Assembly (NCBI RefSeq): GCF_009914755.1
Contig: NC_060930.1
DNA: 64,000 nucleotides
Source of the DNA: the human T2T-CHM13v2.0 reference genome, Homo sapiens
Direction: 5' to 3' (one strand)
Below, piece by piece: positions 63,911-64,000 of this stretch; the first letter of the stretch is position 1; each line of letters begins with the position of its first letter. A program made the translations under genes and the position numbers. The notes beneath the pieces are model-generated. The model saw nothing but the letters and a program-made list of their open reading frames with translations, had not been told where the DNA came from and did no database searches.

Positions 63911-64000
63911 AGCCTTTGAGCATATGATTTGACGGAGAACATGTTTGTTACAAAATCATGACACTATAATGGAAAAAAAATCCCACAGTAGCTCTATAAA

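Overview
Primate (very likely human) genomic DNA from inside PDE10A, the cAMP/cGMP phosphodiesterase 10A gene (6q27 in human, from general knowledge), which runs on the minus strand. Six consecutive coding exons were read by hand and are labelled A-F here: 61762-61576, 44534-44392, 43339-43256, 40871-40721, 36528-36373 and 27441-27269. All have GT-AG boundaries and join in one frame, encoding the end of GAF-B (NK...F...DE), the linker and much of the catalytic domain ([20 protein letters not shown]). The next exon lies beyond position 1, so 1-27268 is part of one large intron. The rest is mostly transposable elements: a 5.56 kb 5'-truncated dead L1PA3, two short L1PA 3' ends, old L1M pieces, 12 Alus, THE1/MLT1/MLT2 solo LTRs, a near full-length Tigger1, MER58/MER63, MIR/L2, microsatellites and a tailless 5S rRNA retropseudogene. 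I found no convincing new gene system. The best leads are a candidate 18-nt in-frame microexon, inverted L1/Alu pairs bracketing exon blocks that would give stop-free circRNAs, a young 5S insertion nested in an Alu TSD, and an L1PA3 that retains the ZNF93 segment but has a deletion-type junction. Repeat subfamily calls come from recalled consensus motifs and boundaries of old repeats are approximate.
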